From Candidatus Parcubacteria bacterium (lineage in GTDB: Bacteria > Patescibacteriota > Minisyncoccia > Phycocordibacterales > CAIJYI01), in the NCBI GenBank assembly GCA_026395595.1, contig JAPLYL010000004.1:8086-72085 (forward strand): a stretch of 64,000 nucleotides of DNA, in the 5' to 3' direction. The position numbers and the translations under genes are program-made. Positions 45,059-55,038 of the stretch are shown here, piece by piece (the stretch's first letter is position 1; every line of letters starts with the position of its first letter). Below the pieces are notes generated by a model, which was given only the letters and a program-made list of their open reading frames with translations, was not told where the DNA came from and did not search any database.

Positions 45059-46459
45059 ATGAAAAACAGAATATATATAAAAGATTTGAGCGAGCATAAA
45101 GGAGAGGAAGTGAAGATTGCTTGCTTTGTGGATGTTCGTCGCGATCAGGGGAAACTCGTTTTCTTTGATTTTCGCGATGTAAGCGGAAGAGTTCAAGGAG
45201 TAATCTTGCCGAACAATAAAGAAGCGCACGAAGTCGCGACACCTATTCGTACCGAGTGGGTGCTGGAAGTTACCGGAAAAGTAAACCCTCGTCCGGAAAA
45301 AAATGTTCAGGCAGACAAACAGAACGGCGATATTGAATTGGAAATTCTCGGAATAAAAGTTTTGAACAGTGCGGAAACCGTTCCTTTTGATGTTACTTCC
45401 GACGGACACGAAATCGGCGAAGAAAATCGTTTGAAATACCGTTATCTTGATCTGCGACGCGACCGAATGCAGAGAAATCTCCGCGCCAGACATGCGGTGA
45501 TACAGCACGCCCGTGATTTTCTTTCGCAAAAAGGTTTTATTGAAGTGGAAACGCCGATCCTCACCAAATCCACCCCGGAAGGCGCCCGCGATTATGTTGT
45601 GCCGTCACGAGTGTCCCAAGGAAAATTCTATGCGCTTCCTCAGTCTCCTCAACAATACAAACAACTTCTGATGGTGGGAGGTGTGGAAAAATATTTTCAG
45701 GTGGCGCGATGTATGAGAGATGAAGATACTCGTGGGGACCGACAGCCGGAATTCACTCAGTTGGATATGGAAATGGCCTTTGCCGAGGAGGAAGATATTA
45801 TCTCTTTGAATGAAGCGCTCTTGATTGAAATCGTAGAAAAAAATTATCCTCACAAAAAAATACAGCAGATTCCTTTTCCGAGAATTACCTATAAAGAGTC
45901 TATGGAGAAATACGGTACTGACCGACCGGATGTCCGAGAGAATAAGGATGATCCGAATCTGCTCGCTTTCTGCTGGGTGATAGATTTTCCTTTCTTTGAA
46001 AAAACAGAGGAAGGCGGGTGGACATTCACGCACAACCCTTTCTCCGCTCCGAAATCGGATGACATGGAAAAAATTATGGAGAAGAAGGAAATTGGAAGCA
46101 TCATCGCTACTCAATACGATATTGCCCTCAACGGTTTTGAAATCGGAGGCGGAAGCATTCGCAATCATCGTCCTGAAGCATTGGTGAAGGTTTTGGAAAT
46201 ACTGGGGCATGAAGAAGAAAAGATCAAAGAAAATTTCGGACACATGCTCTCCGCATTTTCTTACGGAGCGCCTCCACACGGCGGTATTGCTTGGGGTTTG
46301 GATCGGCTCTTGATGCTCTTGCAGGGAGAAGACAGTATTCGCGAAGTTATTGCTTTCCCGAAGACCGGCGAAGGAAGAGACTTGATGATGAATGCCCCTT
46401 CGGAGATAGAGGAAAAACAGCTCAAAGAACTGGGGATACATTTCCGACCGCAGAAATAA
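45059..46459 (+). CDS. aspS: Aspartyl-tRNA synthetase, short form lacking the GAD insertion domain
   Basis: N-terminal OB fold, class-II motifs, bacterial-type signature RQPEFTQLDMEMAF; only 466 aa. Confidence 0.9.
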   Translation: MKNRIYIKDLSEHKGEEVKIACFVDVRRDQGKLVFFDFRDVSGRVQGVILPNNKEAHEVATPIRTEWVLEVTGKVNPRPEKNVQADKQNGDIELEILGIKVLNSAETVPFDVTSDGHEIGEENRLKYRYLDLRRDRMQRNLRARHAVIQHARDFLSQKGFIEVETPILTKSTPEGARDYVVPSRVSQGKFYALPQSPQQYKQLLMVGGVEKYFQVARCMRDEDTRGDRQPEFTQLDMEMAFAEEEDIISLNEALLIEIVEKNYPHKKIQQIPFPRITYKESMEKYGTDRPDVRENKDDPNLLAFCWVIDFPFFEKTEEGGWTFTHNPFSAPKSDDMEKIMEKKEIGSIIATQYDIALNGFEIGGGSIRNHRPEALVKVLEILGHEEEKIKENFGHMLSAFSYGAPPHGGIAWGLDRLLMLLQGEDSIREVIAFPKTGEGRDLMMNAPSEIEEKQLKELGIHFRPQK

Positions 46460-46701
46460 AACTATCTCCAATTAATACTTTTCACATCGTCATTCCGGCC
46501 TGTGAGCCGGAATCCATGTTTAGTGCACATACTCTGGATCCCGGGTCGCAGCCCGGGATGACGATTAAAAGCGAGAGATGGTATAAAAGCAAACCCCGAA
46601 GGTCTCGGGATTTTGTTTGTGTGGATAACCGTTATAATCCATTTTTCTTTTTGTGGTAAACTGTAAGTGAATACTCTCTATAAGTAATTAATCATATTTT
46701 C

Positions 46702-48102
46702 ATGTTGTTAAAAAGAAAAGAGGATTTGGAAATAGCGGCAATCAAAACTCCTTCATACGGAGATGTGTCGGCAAATCAGATTGAAATACCTCGCGATGTT
46801 CCAAGGGCGCCTGAAGTATCCCAATCTCAAAACGTATCGCAATCATCTCCCGAAAATATAGCAAGCCGTCTTTTTTCCGCAAAAGAATCAACTCGCAAGA
46901 TTGAGGAGGAAGAAGAATATACTCCGACCAGCTGGCTGAATGAAATTTTCATGGAGTCTATTCGCTTGGGGGTTTCCGATATTCATATCACTCCTGAAAG
47001 AGAATATATCTCCGTACGTTTCCGTGTAAATGGTATCGTGACAGAAGTAGCAAGGTGGGATATCGGTTACCACGACATGGTCATTTCCCGTATCAAAGTT
47101 ATTTCCGGTTTGAAAGTGGTTGAGAAAAACACTCCACAGGACGGACATCTTGAACTCGCTTTGGAAATACCGAAATCGGATGTTCCCGCAGGACAAACCC
47201 CGCCGAAATCGGTGAACTTCCGCGTGTCTACCATGCCGACCATAAACGGCGAAGCAGCTGTCCTTCGTGTCTTGAGCCGAGAGGGCGCTGTTATTAGTCT
47301 TGCAGAAGTAGGTCTTTCAGATAAGGCTCTTCCTGTGGTAAAAAAAATGCTTCAAAGAGGTCATGGAATTATTCTTATGACCGGTCATAGTGGAACAGGA
47401 AAAACGACGACGCTTTATGCCGCTCTCAACGAAATTGATGCAAAACAAAAAGCTATTTTAACACTTGAAGATCCGGTTGAATATCGCGTTCCGGGGGTGC
47501 GACAGTCTCAAGTGAATTCGGCGGTCGGATATACTTTTGGCGCAGGACTGAAAGCGATGCTTCGCCAAGACCCTGATGTTATCATGATCGGTGAAATACG
47601 AGATGAGGAAACCGCCGGCATCGCCATGCGTCTTGCTTTAGTCGGAAGGCTTGTTCTGACAACGCTTCATACGAGCAGTATCTCCGGAGCGCTTACCCGC
47701 ATGATAGATATGGAAATAGCGAAATCTATTATCGCTTCCGCTTTTGCCGGAATCGTCAACGAGCGTTTAGTGAGAAAGATTTGTCCTCACTGCAAGCAAG
47801 AGTCTGTTCCTCCGTATGAACTCATGAAAATGTTTGATATCGTCTGGCCCGAAAATGAAAAGCTCTATGCGGGAAAAGGGTGCGAACAATGCGATAATAC
47901 CGGATACCAAGATCGTATCGGCATATTTGAAGTGCTGGAAGTTAATGAGGAATTCAGAAATATCATTCTGAGCGGTATGTCATTGAGCGTTTTAGAAGAC
48001 TACACCAGAAGTCATGTCGTTCAGACGTTGCGTGAAGACGGTTTTGACAAGGTGCGAAAGGGAATTACGACTCTGGAAGAAGTGATACGCGCGACGATAT
48101 AA
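46702..48102 (+). CDS. pilB: Type IV pilus / type II secretion assembly ATPase (PilB/GspE family)
   Basis: Walker A GHSGTGKTTT, Asp/His boxes, tetra-Cys CPHC...CEQC; divergent low-complexity N-terminal ~100 aa. Confidence 0.8.
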   Translation: MLLKRKEDLEIAAIKTPSYGDVSANQIEIPRDVPRAPEVSQSQNVSQSSPENIASRLFSAKESTRKIEEEEEYTPTSWLNEIFMESIRLGVSDIHITPEREYISVRFRVNGIVTEVARWDIGYHDMVISRIKVISGLKVVEKNTPQDGHLELALEIPKSDVPAGQTPPKSVNFRVSTMPTINGEAAVLRVLSREGAVISLAEVGLSDKALPVVKKMLQRGHGIILMTGHSGTGKTTTLYAALNEIDAKQKAILTLEDPVEYRVPGVRQSQVNSAVGYTFGAGLKAMLRQDPDVIMIGEIRDEETAGIAMRLALVGRLVLTTLHTSSISGALTRMIDMEIAKSIIASAFAGIVNERLVRKICPHCKQESVPPYELMKMFDIVWPENEKLYAGKGCEQCDNTGYQDRIGIFEVLEVNEEFRNIILSGMSLSVLEDYTRSHVVQTLREDGFDKVRKGITTLEEVIRATI

Positions 48103-48111
48103 TATGTTATA

Positions 48112-48840
48112 GTGATCGTTATGCTTCATGTTAAAACACCCGTTTTTGAAGGCCCGTTGGAGCTTCTTCTGAGTCTGATTGAAAAGAGAAAGCTTTTTAT
48201 AAATGATATCTCTCTTTCTAAAATTGCGGATGATTATATCAGCGCCGTTCAATCTCTCCCCGATATTCCGCTTAAAGATGTCGCGAACTTTGTGTTCGTG
48301 GCCTCTACGCTTGTTTTGATAAAATCAAAATCTCTTTTGCCGACGCTTGATCTTTCCGGAGAAGAAGAAGGGGATATCGAAAGATTAAAAGAACGATTGC
48401 GCGTTTACCAAAAGATGAAAGAGCTTTCGGTTTTTGTGAAAGAAAATTTCGGGAAGAAAATTTTATACGCAAGGGAAACTCCAAAAAACAGAATTGTCAC
48501 TTTTTCTCCAAGCGAGGATACGACCCTGCAAGATATTTTTGCTTCTGTTGCGGGTATTTTGAGCCGGCTGCCAGCGATGGATGTTTCGCCAAAAGGAGTG
48601 ATAAAAAAAATGGTAACTCTGGAAGATGCTATCGGAAGACTGGTGAGGAGAATTGATTCGCATCTTCGGATGAGCTTTAAGAAGTATTCGGGAATTGGAA
48701 AAGAAGAAAAGAATATGGTCATCGTCAGCTTTTTGGCGGTTCTTGAACTCATTAAGAGAGGGGCGATTGTGGCGGAACAAAGAGAAAATTTTGCGGATTT
48801 TGATATTGAAACGAGAGATATAAAAGTGCCAAGGTATTAA
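48112..48840 (+). CDS. scpA: Segregation and condensation protein A
   Basis: N-terminal FEGPLELLLSLIEKRKL motif typical of ScpA. Confidence 0.85.
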   Translation: MIVMLHVKTPVFEGPLELLLSLIEKRKLFINDISLSKIADDYISAVQSLPDIPLKDVANFVFVASTLVLIKSKSLLPTLDLSGEEEGDIERLKERLRVYQKMKELSVFVKENFGKKILYARETPKNRIVTFSPSEDTTLQDIFASVAGILSRLPAMDVSPKGVIKKMVTLEDAIGRLVRRIDSHLRMSFKKYSGIGKEEKNMVIVSFLAVLELIKRGAIVAEQRENFADFDIETRDIKVPRY

Positions 48841-48909
48841 AAGAAAAGAGAAAAAAGCAATAAGGAAAAAGGGGAAGCTTTACATTGTGCCGTGTTTGTT
48901 TTTACGTCG

Positions 48910-49028
48910 CCGGTTCTGGGTTGTACCCGGAACCGAAACGTTTGAATAATATGTTTAAATTTAGTTTAAAAATTAAAGTTTATTTGGTCACACAAACGTT
49001 TCGGTACGAGGTACAACCTCGTACCGGC
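48910..49028. repeat. Structured ~100-nt repeat element, copy B (between scpA and scpB)
   Basis: ccggttctggg-ttgta-cccggaaccg then ccgaaacgtttg...caaacgtttcgg; compensatory base changes relative to copy A keep the 12-bp helix. Confidence 0.6.
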
Positions 49029-49110
49029 GATAATATCACGAGATTATAAAGAACGTGAGGAAATACTCATACTCTGTACCAATGTTTGTTTATCTGTTAT
49101 AATATGAAAC

Positions 49111-49761
49111 ATGACCATTGACGCGCAAATAGAGGCCATACTTTTTTTTAAGGCGGAACCGATAAAGACCATGAAATTGGCCGAAATTTTGGGGGCGGAA
49201 GAAGAAACCGTTCGACAAGGAATCGCCCTTCTTTCTGATAAATTGGAGGGACGAGGGGTCGCTCTTCTTTTGAAGGACGATGAAGTTTCTCTTGCCACGG
49301 TTGCTGATGCCGGAGATATCATAGAAAAATTGGTGAAAGATGAACTTCATCGCGATCTTGGAAAAGGAGCGATAGAAACACTGACGATAATTCTCTATAA
49401 AGGCCCGATTCAGAAATCAGAAATTGATTTTATTCGGGGAGTCAATTCCAATTTTATTCTTCGCAATCTTTTGGTGCGCGGTTTGGTGGAAAAAATTCCT
49501 CATCCGACCGACCAAAGAAGTTTTTTGTATCGTCCGACTTTTGACCTGCTGGCGTATCTCGGAATCAATAAAATAGAAGACTTGCCGGAGTTTGAAGAGT
49601 TCAGAGAAAAGGTTGAAGAAAGTATGGAACAGTTCTCTGATAAAGACCGTGTTGTTGCCGAAGAAGTAAAATACGAAAATTTCCCGATACCTTCGGAACA
49701 AGACCAAGACGAAGAAACGGCAAATTTTTTAGGGGATTCCGACGAAGAGAAAATTAAGTAA
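49111..49761 (+). CDS. scpB: Segregation and condensation protein B
   Basis: Tandem winged-helix ScpB pattern (IEAILFF...; TLTIILYKGPIQKSEIDFIRGV); acidic C-tail. Confidence 0.85.
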   Translation: MTIDAQIEAILFFKAEPIKTMKLAEILGAEEETVRQGIALLSDKLEGRGVALLLKDDEVSLATVADAGDIIEKLVKDELHRDLGKGAIETLTIILYKGPIQKSEIDFIRGVNSNFILRNLLVRGLVEKIPHPTDQRSFLYRPTFDLLAYLGINKIEDLPEFEEFREKVEESMEQFSDKDRVVAEEVKYENFPIPSEQDQDEETANFLGDSDEEKIK

Positions 49762-49824
49762 AATAGCTTTGGCTGGACTAGGTCAGACTCTGTCCAGCAA
49801 AAGAGATTTTTTAGGAAAATAAGT

Positions 49825-50847
49825 GTGGATTTTGTCGCGCCAGTCTTTGGCTGCCCCCTATGCCACAGCGAGCCGCGCGAGCGGTCAATCAAATTGAAAC
49901 GAATAAGCAAAAAACAAAGTATTGCCGTTGTTACTCTCGTAAATTGTTTTGCGATTTTTTTTGCTAGCGCTTTTCTTTTTACTGTAATTGTTTATGGAGA
50001 GAAACCAGTGCAAACAACGGAGCAAAAAAAGATTTCTCAAAAACCGGATCCTTTTCTTAATCTATCTCTGGAAGCAAAAGCTGTTTATGTTTTTGATGTT
50101 TCTACGGGAGAAGTTCTTTTTGTTAAGAATGAAAATGAACAACTCCCTCTTGCTTCGGTGACAAAGGTTATGACGGCGCTTGTGGCATCATCTTTTCCTG
50201 AAACAATGGATATTCGCATAACTGATGGGGACATGGCCTCCGGAGCCGGAGGCCTTCGTTGCGGAGAAGAATGGAGTTTGAAAAATCTTCTTAATTATAC
50301 GCTGGTTGTTTCTTCAAACAGCGGGGCGTCAGCAATCGCGGGTGCTGCCGGGGCGGTCATGACTAATGAGGAAGGAAACCCTGAAGCAAGAAACGAACAA
50401 GCTTTTGTTTCAGAAATGAACGCTACCGCGAAAAAACTCGGCATGTTACAGACCGTATATTACAATCCAAATGGACTTGATATTACCGATAGGCTTTCCG
50501 GAGGATATGGTTCAGCCAAGGATATGTCTACGCTGTTTTCTTATATTATAACCACAAAACCGATGCTTCTCGAGGCTACTTCTTATGATTCTTTGATCTA
50601 CACCTCTCTTGATGGAGCTCGTCATCCTGCAAAAAATACGAATACCGTGATTCGTAGCATTCCTGGGATGGTCGCTTCAAAAACGGGATACACCGATCTT
50701 GCGAATGGAAATCTTGTTATTGCCTTCAACGCCGGTCTTATGAAACCTGTGGTGGTTGCCGTACTCGGTTCCAGTCAAGAAGGAAGATTCGCTGATATTG
50801 AAAAACTCGTCATCGCGAGTCTCGTAAAAATCGGTCAAGGAGAGTAG
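49825..50847 (+). CDS. dacA: D-alanyl-D-alanine carboxypeptidase (peptidase S11, PBP5-like), membrane-anchored
   Basis: SVTK (SxxK), SSN (SxN), KTGYT (KTG) active-site triad motifs; N-terminal TM anchor; start uncertain. Confidence 0.75.
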   Translation: MDFVAPVFGCPLCHSEPRERSIKLKRISKKQSIAVVTLVNCFAIFFASAFLFTVIVYGEKPVQTTEQKKISQKPDPFLNLSLEAKAVYVFDVSTGEVLFVKNENEQLPLASVTKVMTALVASSFPETMDIRITDGDMASGAGGLRCGEEWSLKNLLNYTLVVSSNSGASAIAGAAGAVMTNEEGNPEARNEQAFVSEMNATAKKLGMLQTVYYNPNGLDITDRLSGGYGSAKDMSTLFSYIITTKPMLLEATSYDSLIYTSLDGARHPAKNTNTVIRSIPGMVASKTGYTDLANGNLVIAFNAGLMKPVVVAVLGSSQEGRFADIEKLVIASLVKIGQGE

Positions 50848-50876
50848 ATTTATACACTCTTTTTATTTCTTCCTTT

Positions 50877-51977
50877 TTGGCTTATAATGCAGATATGATA
50901 TTGGACGTGGTGAAAGTATTTGCGCCTACGGCGATAGCGTTTTTTGTTGGGATCGTTATGACCCCGTTTTTGACGCATTACCTGTACAAATACAAAATGT
51001 GGAAAAAGAAATCCGGAAAGGTTGCGATGGACGGAAGCGCAACGCCGCTTTTTAATGCGCTTCATAAAGACAAAGAAATCGGTACTCCGAAAATGGGCGG
51101 AATCATCATTTGGGGAAGCGTTTTGATTACCATACTTATTATTTGGTTTTTTTCCGAATTTTTTCCGAATAGCGTAACCGGGAAATTAAATTTCCTTCAC
51201 CGTAATACGACGTGGCTTCCTCTGTTTACGCTTATCGCCGGCTCGCTTATTGGTTTGATTGATGATTTCTATGAAGTCATGGGGACGGGCGATCATATTG
51301 CCGGCGGTCTTTCTCTTAAAAAAAGATTGCTCGTTGTTTTTCTTATTTCTCTTATCGGCGCGTGGTGGTTCTATTCAAAGCTCGGAGTTTCTTCCGTTTC
51401 CATTCCTTTTGACGGCATTGTGAATATCGGTTTTTGGTTTGTTCCTCTTTTTTCTCTGGTTATGCTGGCGGTGTATTCAAGCGGTGTTATAGATGGCATT
51501 GATGGTTTAGCCGGCGGAGTTTTTGCCACGGTATTTTCCGCTTACGGCATAATCGCTTTTTACCAGCAACAGATAGATATTTCCGCTTTTTGTTTTGTGT
51601 TGGTTGGGGGGATACTTGCTTTCCTTTGGTTTAACATTCCTCCCGCACGATTTTACATGGCCGAAACTGGAACGATGGGGCTCACGGTTACTCTTGCCGT
51701 TATCGCTTTTCTTACCGACGCGCATGTTGACGGAAAAGGACTCTCTGTCCTGCCTATCGTGGCTTTCCCGCTTGTCATCACCGTACTTTCCGACGTGATA
51801 CAAGTCGCCTCAAAAAAACTTCGCCATGGCAAAAAAGTTTTTCTTATTGCGCCGCTTCATCATCATTTTGAAGCCATCGGATGGCCGGCGTATAAAGTAA
51901 CGATGCGTTACTGGGTTATTTCCATTATTTTCTCTCTGCTTGGAGTTATTATCGCCCTTTCCGGACATTTAGTCTAA
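50877..51977 (+). CDS. mraY: Phospho-N-acetylmuramoyl-pentapeptide transferase
   Basis: DGIDGLAGG and APLHHHFE motifs; 10-TM topology. Confidence 0.9.
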   Translation: MAYNADMILDVVKVFAPTAIAFFVGIVMTPFLTHYLYKYKMWKKKSGKVAMDGSATPLFNALHKDKEIGTPKMGGIIIWGSVLITILIIWFFSEFFPNSVTGKLNFLHRNTTWLPLFTLIAGSLIGLIDDFYEVMGTGDHIAGGLSLKKRLLVVFLISLIGAWWFYSKLGVSSVSIPFDGIVNIGFWFVPLFSLVMLAVYSSGVIDGIDGLAGGVFATVFSAYGIIAFYQQQIDISAFCFVLVGGILAFLWFNIPPARFYMAETGTMGLTVTLAVIAFLTDAHVDGKGLSVLPIVAFPLVITVLSDVIQVASKKLRHGKKVFLIAPLHHHFEAIGWPAYKVTMRYWVISIIFSLLGVIIALSGHLV

Positions 51978-51995
51978 ACGCAAAACAAAAAAAGA

Positions 51996-53111
51996 ATGCA
52001 TTCAAAAAAAGTTGATCACGTTTTTCTTTGGATTACGCTTGCGCTTGTTTTTGGCGGATTTTTTTTATTTTTGTCGGCATCTTTAGGGCTTTTAGCCAGA
52101 GAAGGAGGGGCGAGTTTTGAAAATGTTTTTGTGAGTCAAATAGTGTTGGGACTTTTTCTCGGATCAATTGCTTTGTTTCTGATATCCCGTCTTCATTATA
52201 AATATATTCGGAAATTTTCTTTTTTTCTTTTCATTCTCGGCGTTATTCTTACGATTTGCGTTTTTGTTCCGGGTATCGGTTTTGGTCACGGAGGAGCAAA
52301 AAGATGGCTAAACTTGGGATTCACCACCTTTCAACCTTCTGAAGTTTTGAAGCTCGGTTTTGTACTCTATTTTGCTTCTTGGCTTGGCGCCGCGAAAGAC
52401 AGAGTGAGCACTTTGTATCATGGAACCATTCCATTTTTGGTAATTCTTGCTATCCCCGCGATACTTCTTGTTCTTGAACCGGATATCGGGACATTCGGCG
52501 TAATCGTTGCTGCCGGTGCTGGCATGTTCATCGTTGCGGGCGGGAGGATAAGTCATCTGGTTGTAATGGGGATTGCCGGTCTTCTTGTTTTTGCTGTCGT
52601 TGTGAACTATAAACCCTATCTGAGAGATCGTATAGATACGTTTTTAAATCCGGATAACGATCCTCAGGGTACCGGTTATCAGCTCAATCAATCTCTGATT
52701 GCGGTTGGTTCCGGACAAATTTTTGGAAGAGGATTCGGCCAAAGCATACAAAAATTCAGTTCTTTGCCGGAACCGACGAATGACTCTATTTTTGCGGTCG
52801 CATCCGAAGAATTTGGTTTTTTGGGAAGTTCAACTATCATTCTTTTGTTTCTTTTCTTTGCGATGAGGGGTTTTCACATTGCCGGGCATTCTCCTGATCG
52901 GTGGGGAAGGATTGCTGTGACGGGAATCATTCTCCTCATCATTACACAATCTTTTATTAACATCGCGTCTATGGTCGGACTTTTTCCTCTTACCGGGGTC
53001 CCGTTGATTTTTATAAGTCATGGAGGAACCGCACTCTTTTTTGCACTGGCTGAAGTCGGAATTATCTTGAGTATTTCGCGATACAAAACTACTTCATCTA
53101 TTTCTCAATAA
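51996..53111 (+). CDS. ftsW: SEDS-family peptidoglycan glycosyltransferase (FtsW/RodA)
   Basis: Characteristic SEDS TM pattern, QPSEVLKLGFVLYFASWL, C-terminal FISHGGT; follows mraY. Confidence 0.85.
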   Translation: MHSKKVDHVFLWITLALVFGGFFLFLSASLGLLAREGGASFENVFVSQIVLGLFLGSIALFLISRLHYKYIRKFSFFLFILGVILTICVFVPGIGFGHGGAKRWLNLGFTTFQPSEVLKLGFVLYFASWLGAAKDRVSTLYHGTIPFLVILAIPAILLVLEPDIGTFGVIVAAGAGMFIVAGGRISHLVVMGIAGLLVFAVVVNYKPYLRDRIDTFLNPDNDPQGTGYQLNQSLIAVGSGQIFGRGFGQSIQKFSSLPEPTNDSIFAVASEEFGFLGSSTIILLFLFFAMRGFHIAGHSPDRWGRIAVTGIILLIITQSFINIASMVGLFPLTGVPLIFISHGGTALFFALAEVGIILSISRYKTTSSISQ

Positions 53112-53115
53112 AAAT

Positions 53116-53874
53116 ATGATACCTTCAAAAAATAAAAAAGTAGGATTAGTGCTCGGATCCGGGTCTGCCCGTGGATTTGTTCATATCGGTATTATAAAAG
53201 TTTTGGAAAGAAATAATATACCGATTGATTTTATTGCCGGCTCAAGCATTGGTGCGCTCGTTGGGGGTATATACGCTGCGACGAAAGATATCGCCTATAT
53301 TGAAAAACTTGCTTTGGATACTGATTGGAAGCAGTTATTCAAACTGCTTGACCCTTTTTCTGTTATTGCTACTGATATTGTAAAAGGGGAGCCTGTTATT
53401 TTTCGCGAAGGCAATCTTGCCGAGGCTATCCGCGCGAGCGTTTCCATTCCTTTTCTTTTTCACACGGTTCCTCAAGGAGATAAAATCCTTTGCGACGGCG
53501 CTCTTTCTATTCCGGTACCCGTTGCTGTTGCGAAACAGATGGGTGCGGAATACACTATCGCCGTTGATCTTGATTCCGGTTATTTCAAACAAGAACATCC
53601 GAAACCAAAAGACAATCTTTTGGATACGGGAAATAATGTGGTGATGTTACTTTCTTCTCACCTCGCCAAAGAGAATATGAAGGATGCTGATTTGGTACTG
53701 ACTCCTCCTTTGGGGGACATTGCATGGAGATCGTTCGGGAGCAGAGAAACGACCGCAGATCTTATCGCTCGCGGAGAAAAAATTATGGAAGAAGCGTTGC
53801 CGCGATATTTTGAAACGAATAAGCCAAAAACATTCGGAAAGCGTTTAAAAGAGTTTTTGAACCAGCCCATTTAG
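53116..53874 (+). CDS. Patatin-like phospholipase
   Basis: GLVLGSGSARGFVHIG (GxGxxG oxyanion), GSSIGA (GxSxG nucleophile), DGAL (catalytic Asp). Confidence 0.8.
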   Translation: MIPSKNKKVGLVLGSGSARGFVHIGIIKVLERNNIPIDFIAGSSIGALVGGIYAATKDIAYIEKLALDTDWKQLFKLLDPFSVIATDIVKGEPVIFREGNLAEAIRASVSIPFLFHTVPQGDKILCDGALSIPVPVAVAKQMGAEYTIAVDLDSGYFKQEHPKPKDNLLDTGNNVVMLLSSHLAKENMKDADLVLTPPLGDIAWRSFGSRETTADLIARGEKIMEEALPRYFETNKPKTFGKRLKEFLNQPI

Positions 53875-53931
53875 ATAAAAAAATAAGCCCGCGAAATTTC
53901 GCGGGCTTTTATTCGTATGCGCTATTCATTG

Positions 53932-54357
53932 TTATTGAATAGTAGCATGTTTCGGCTTAATGTGTCCGAAACGAATCTCGTCAGTCGCACGCATGAGCGT
54001 TTTCAGAGCGGGACTTTCCACCATCATGTGGTATCCGTTTTCTGTTTTTTCCAACAAACCTCTGGTAACACCGTGATCTTTTTCGTACCAACCGGGACTG
54101 AGCTCTTTTTCTGTTGAGAAAGTGTCTTCAAATACTAAAGACTCAACAATTGGCTCCAGATCCGGAAAAAGCGTTCCCATAAGAGGAAACCCGCTTAATG
54201 CCACATAAGGATACGGTGTCCCCGCGCCTTTACAGATGTATCCGTTGGCAACGGGTACCTTTCCTTGCTCAACAAAAGTTACGGAGTCCTTTTTGACGTA
54301 TGCTCTTAATTTTTCATTAATGGCGAACATACAAACCTCCTTTTGGTTTTTCACCAA
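53932..54357 (-). CDS. Hypothetical protein (start may be ATG 54330)
   Basis: ORF with good coding appearance; no recognisable motif. Confidence 0.35.
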   Translation of the reverse strand: MVKNQKEVCMFAINEKLRAYVKKDSVTFVEQGKVPVANGYICKGAGTPYPYVALSGFPLMGTLFPDLEPIVESLVFEDTFSTEKELSPGWYEKDHGVTRGLLEKTENGYHMMVESPALKTLMRATDEIRFGHIKPKHATIQ

Positions 54358-54461
54358 AAAGTATGACTGAAATGTAAAGGAGCGAATCCTCTAACGTTCT
54401 TACTGTTTTTATTATATCAGCACTGTATGTTTATGTCAAGTGCTTTGAAAAAGTCGATTTA

Positions 54462-55001
54462 TCAAGCTGTTTTTTCAAAGTAGCCTTCGCCGTTCTTTTT
54501 TATTTTTTGAACATGGGGGACAGGGAAAACTTCGCCTTGCATGACAATATAGACGCCGTGAGGAAGGGTTTCTGCCGCGATGAGAGCTCCGCCCAGGTTG
54601 AATGAGGCGTCTGAATCTTCTGCCATGCTCGGACGCATAGCTCCGGTGAGAATAATAGTTTTGTTTTGTATATTTTCCGCAAGGAGTACGCCTGTTTTTG
54701 CCATGGTATCGGTTCCGTGGGTAATCAGTATCCGTTCTCTTGGGTCAAGCAAACAAACATCAAGAATTCTTTTTCTATCTTCGTCGGTCATATCCAGACT
54801 GTCTTTTTGCGGGAGGACGAAAATGTCGGCGTCATCGTCTTCTACTTTTATCACTGCTTTGGTATTTAGGTGTCTCACTCTTCCCGTTTTCAGAATTTTT
54901 TTCACAGCAGGATCCCCGAAGGTGATAACTTTTCCTTCGTCAAAATTATATTTTTCGGCATCTATGGTTCCGCCGGTGGCGATGATACGCAGAGTAGACA
55001 T
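54462..55001 (-). CDS. Short L-asparaginase/glutaminase-family protein (N-terminal catalytic domain only)
   Basis: IIATGGTI threonine-nucleophile motif and ITHGTDTM second motif of asparaginase family; only 179 aa. Confidence 0.65.
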   Translation of the reverse strand: MSTLRIIATGGTIDAEKYNFDEGKVITFGDPAVKKILKTGRVRHLNTKAVIKVEDDDADIFVLPQKDSLDMTDEDRKRILDVCLLDPRERILITHGTDTMAKTGVLLAENIQNKTIILTGAMRPSMAEDSDASFNLGGALIAAETLPHGVYIVMQGEVFPVPHVQKIKKNGEGYFEKTA

Positions 55002-55038
55002 GTTTTTACTCTACAATGATTTATTTTCTTTGGCAAGA

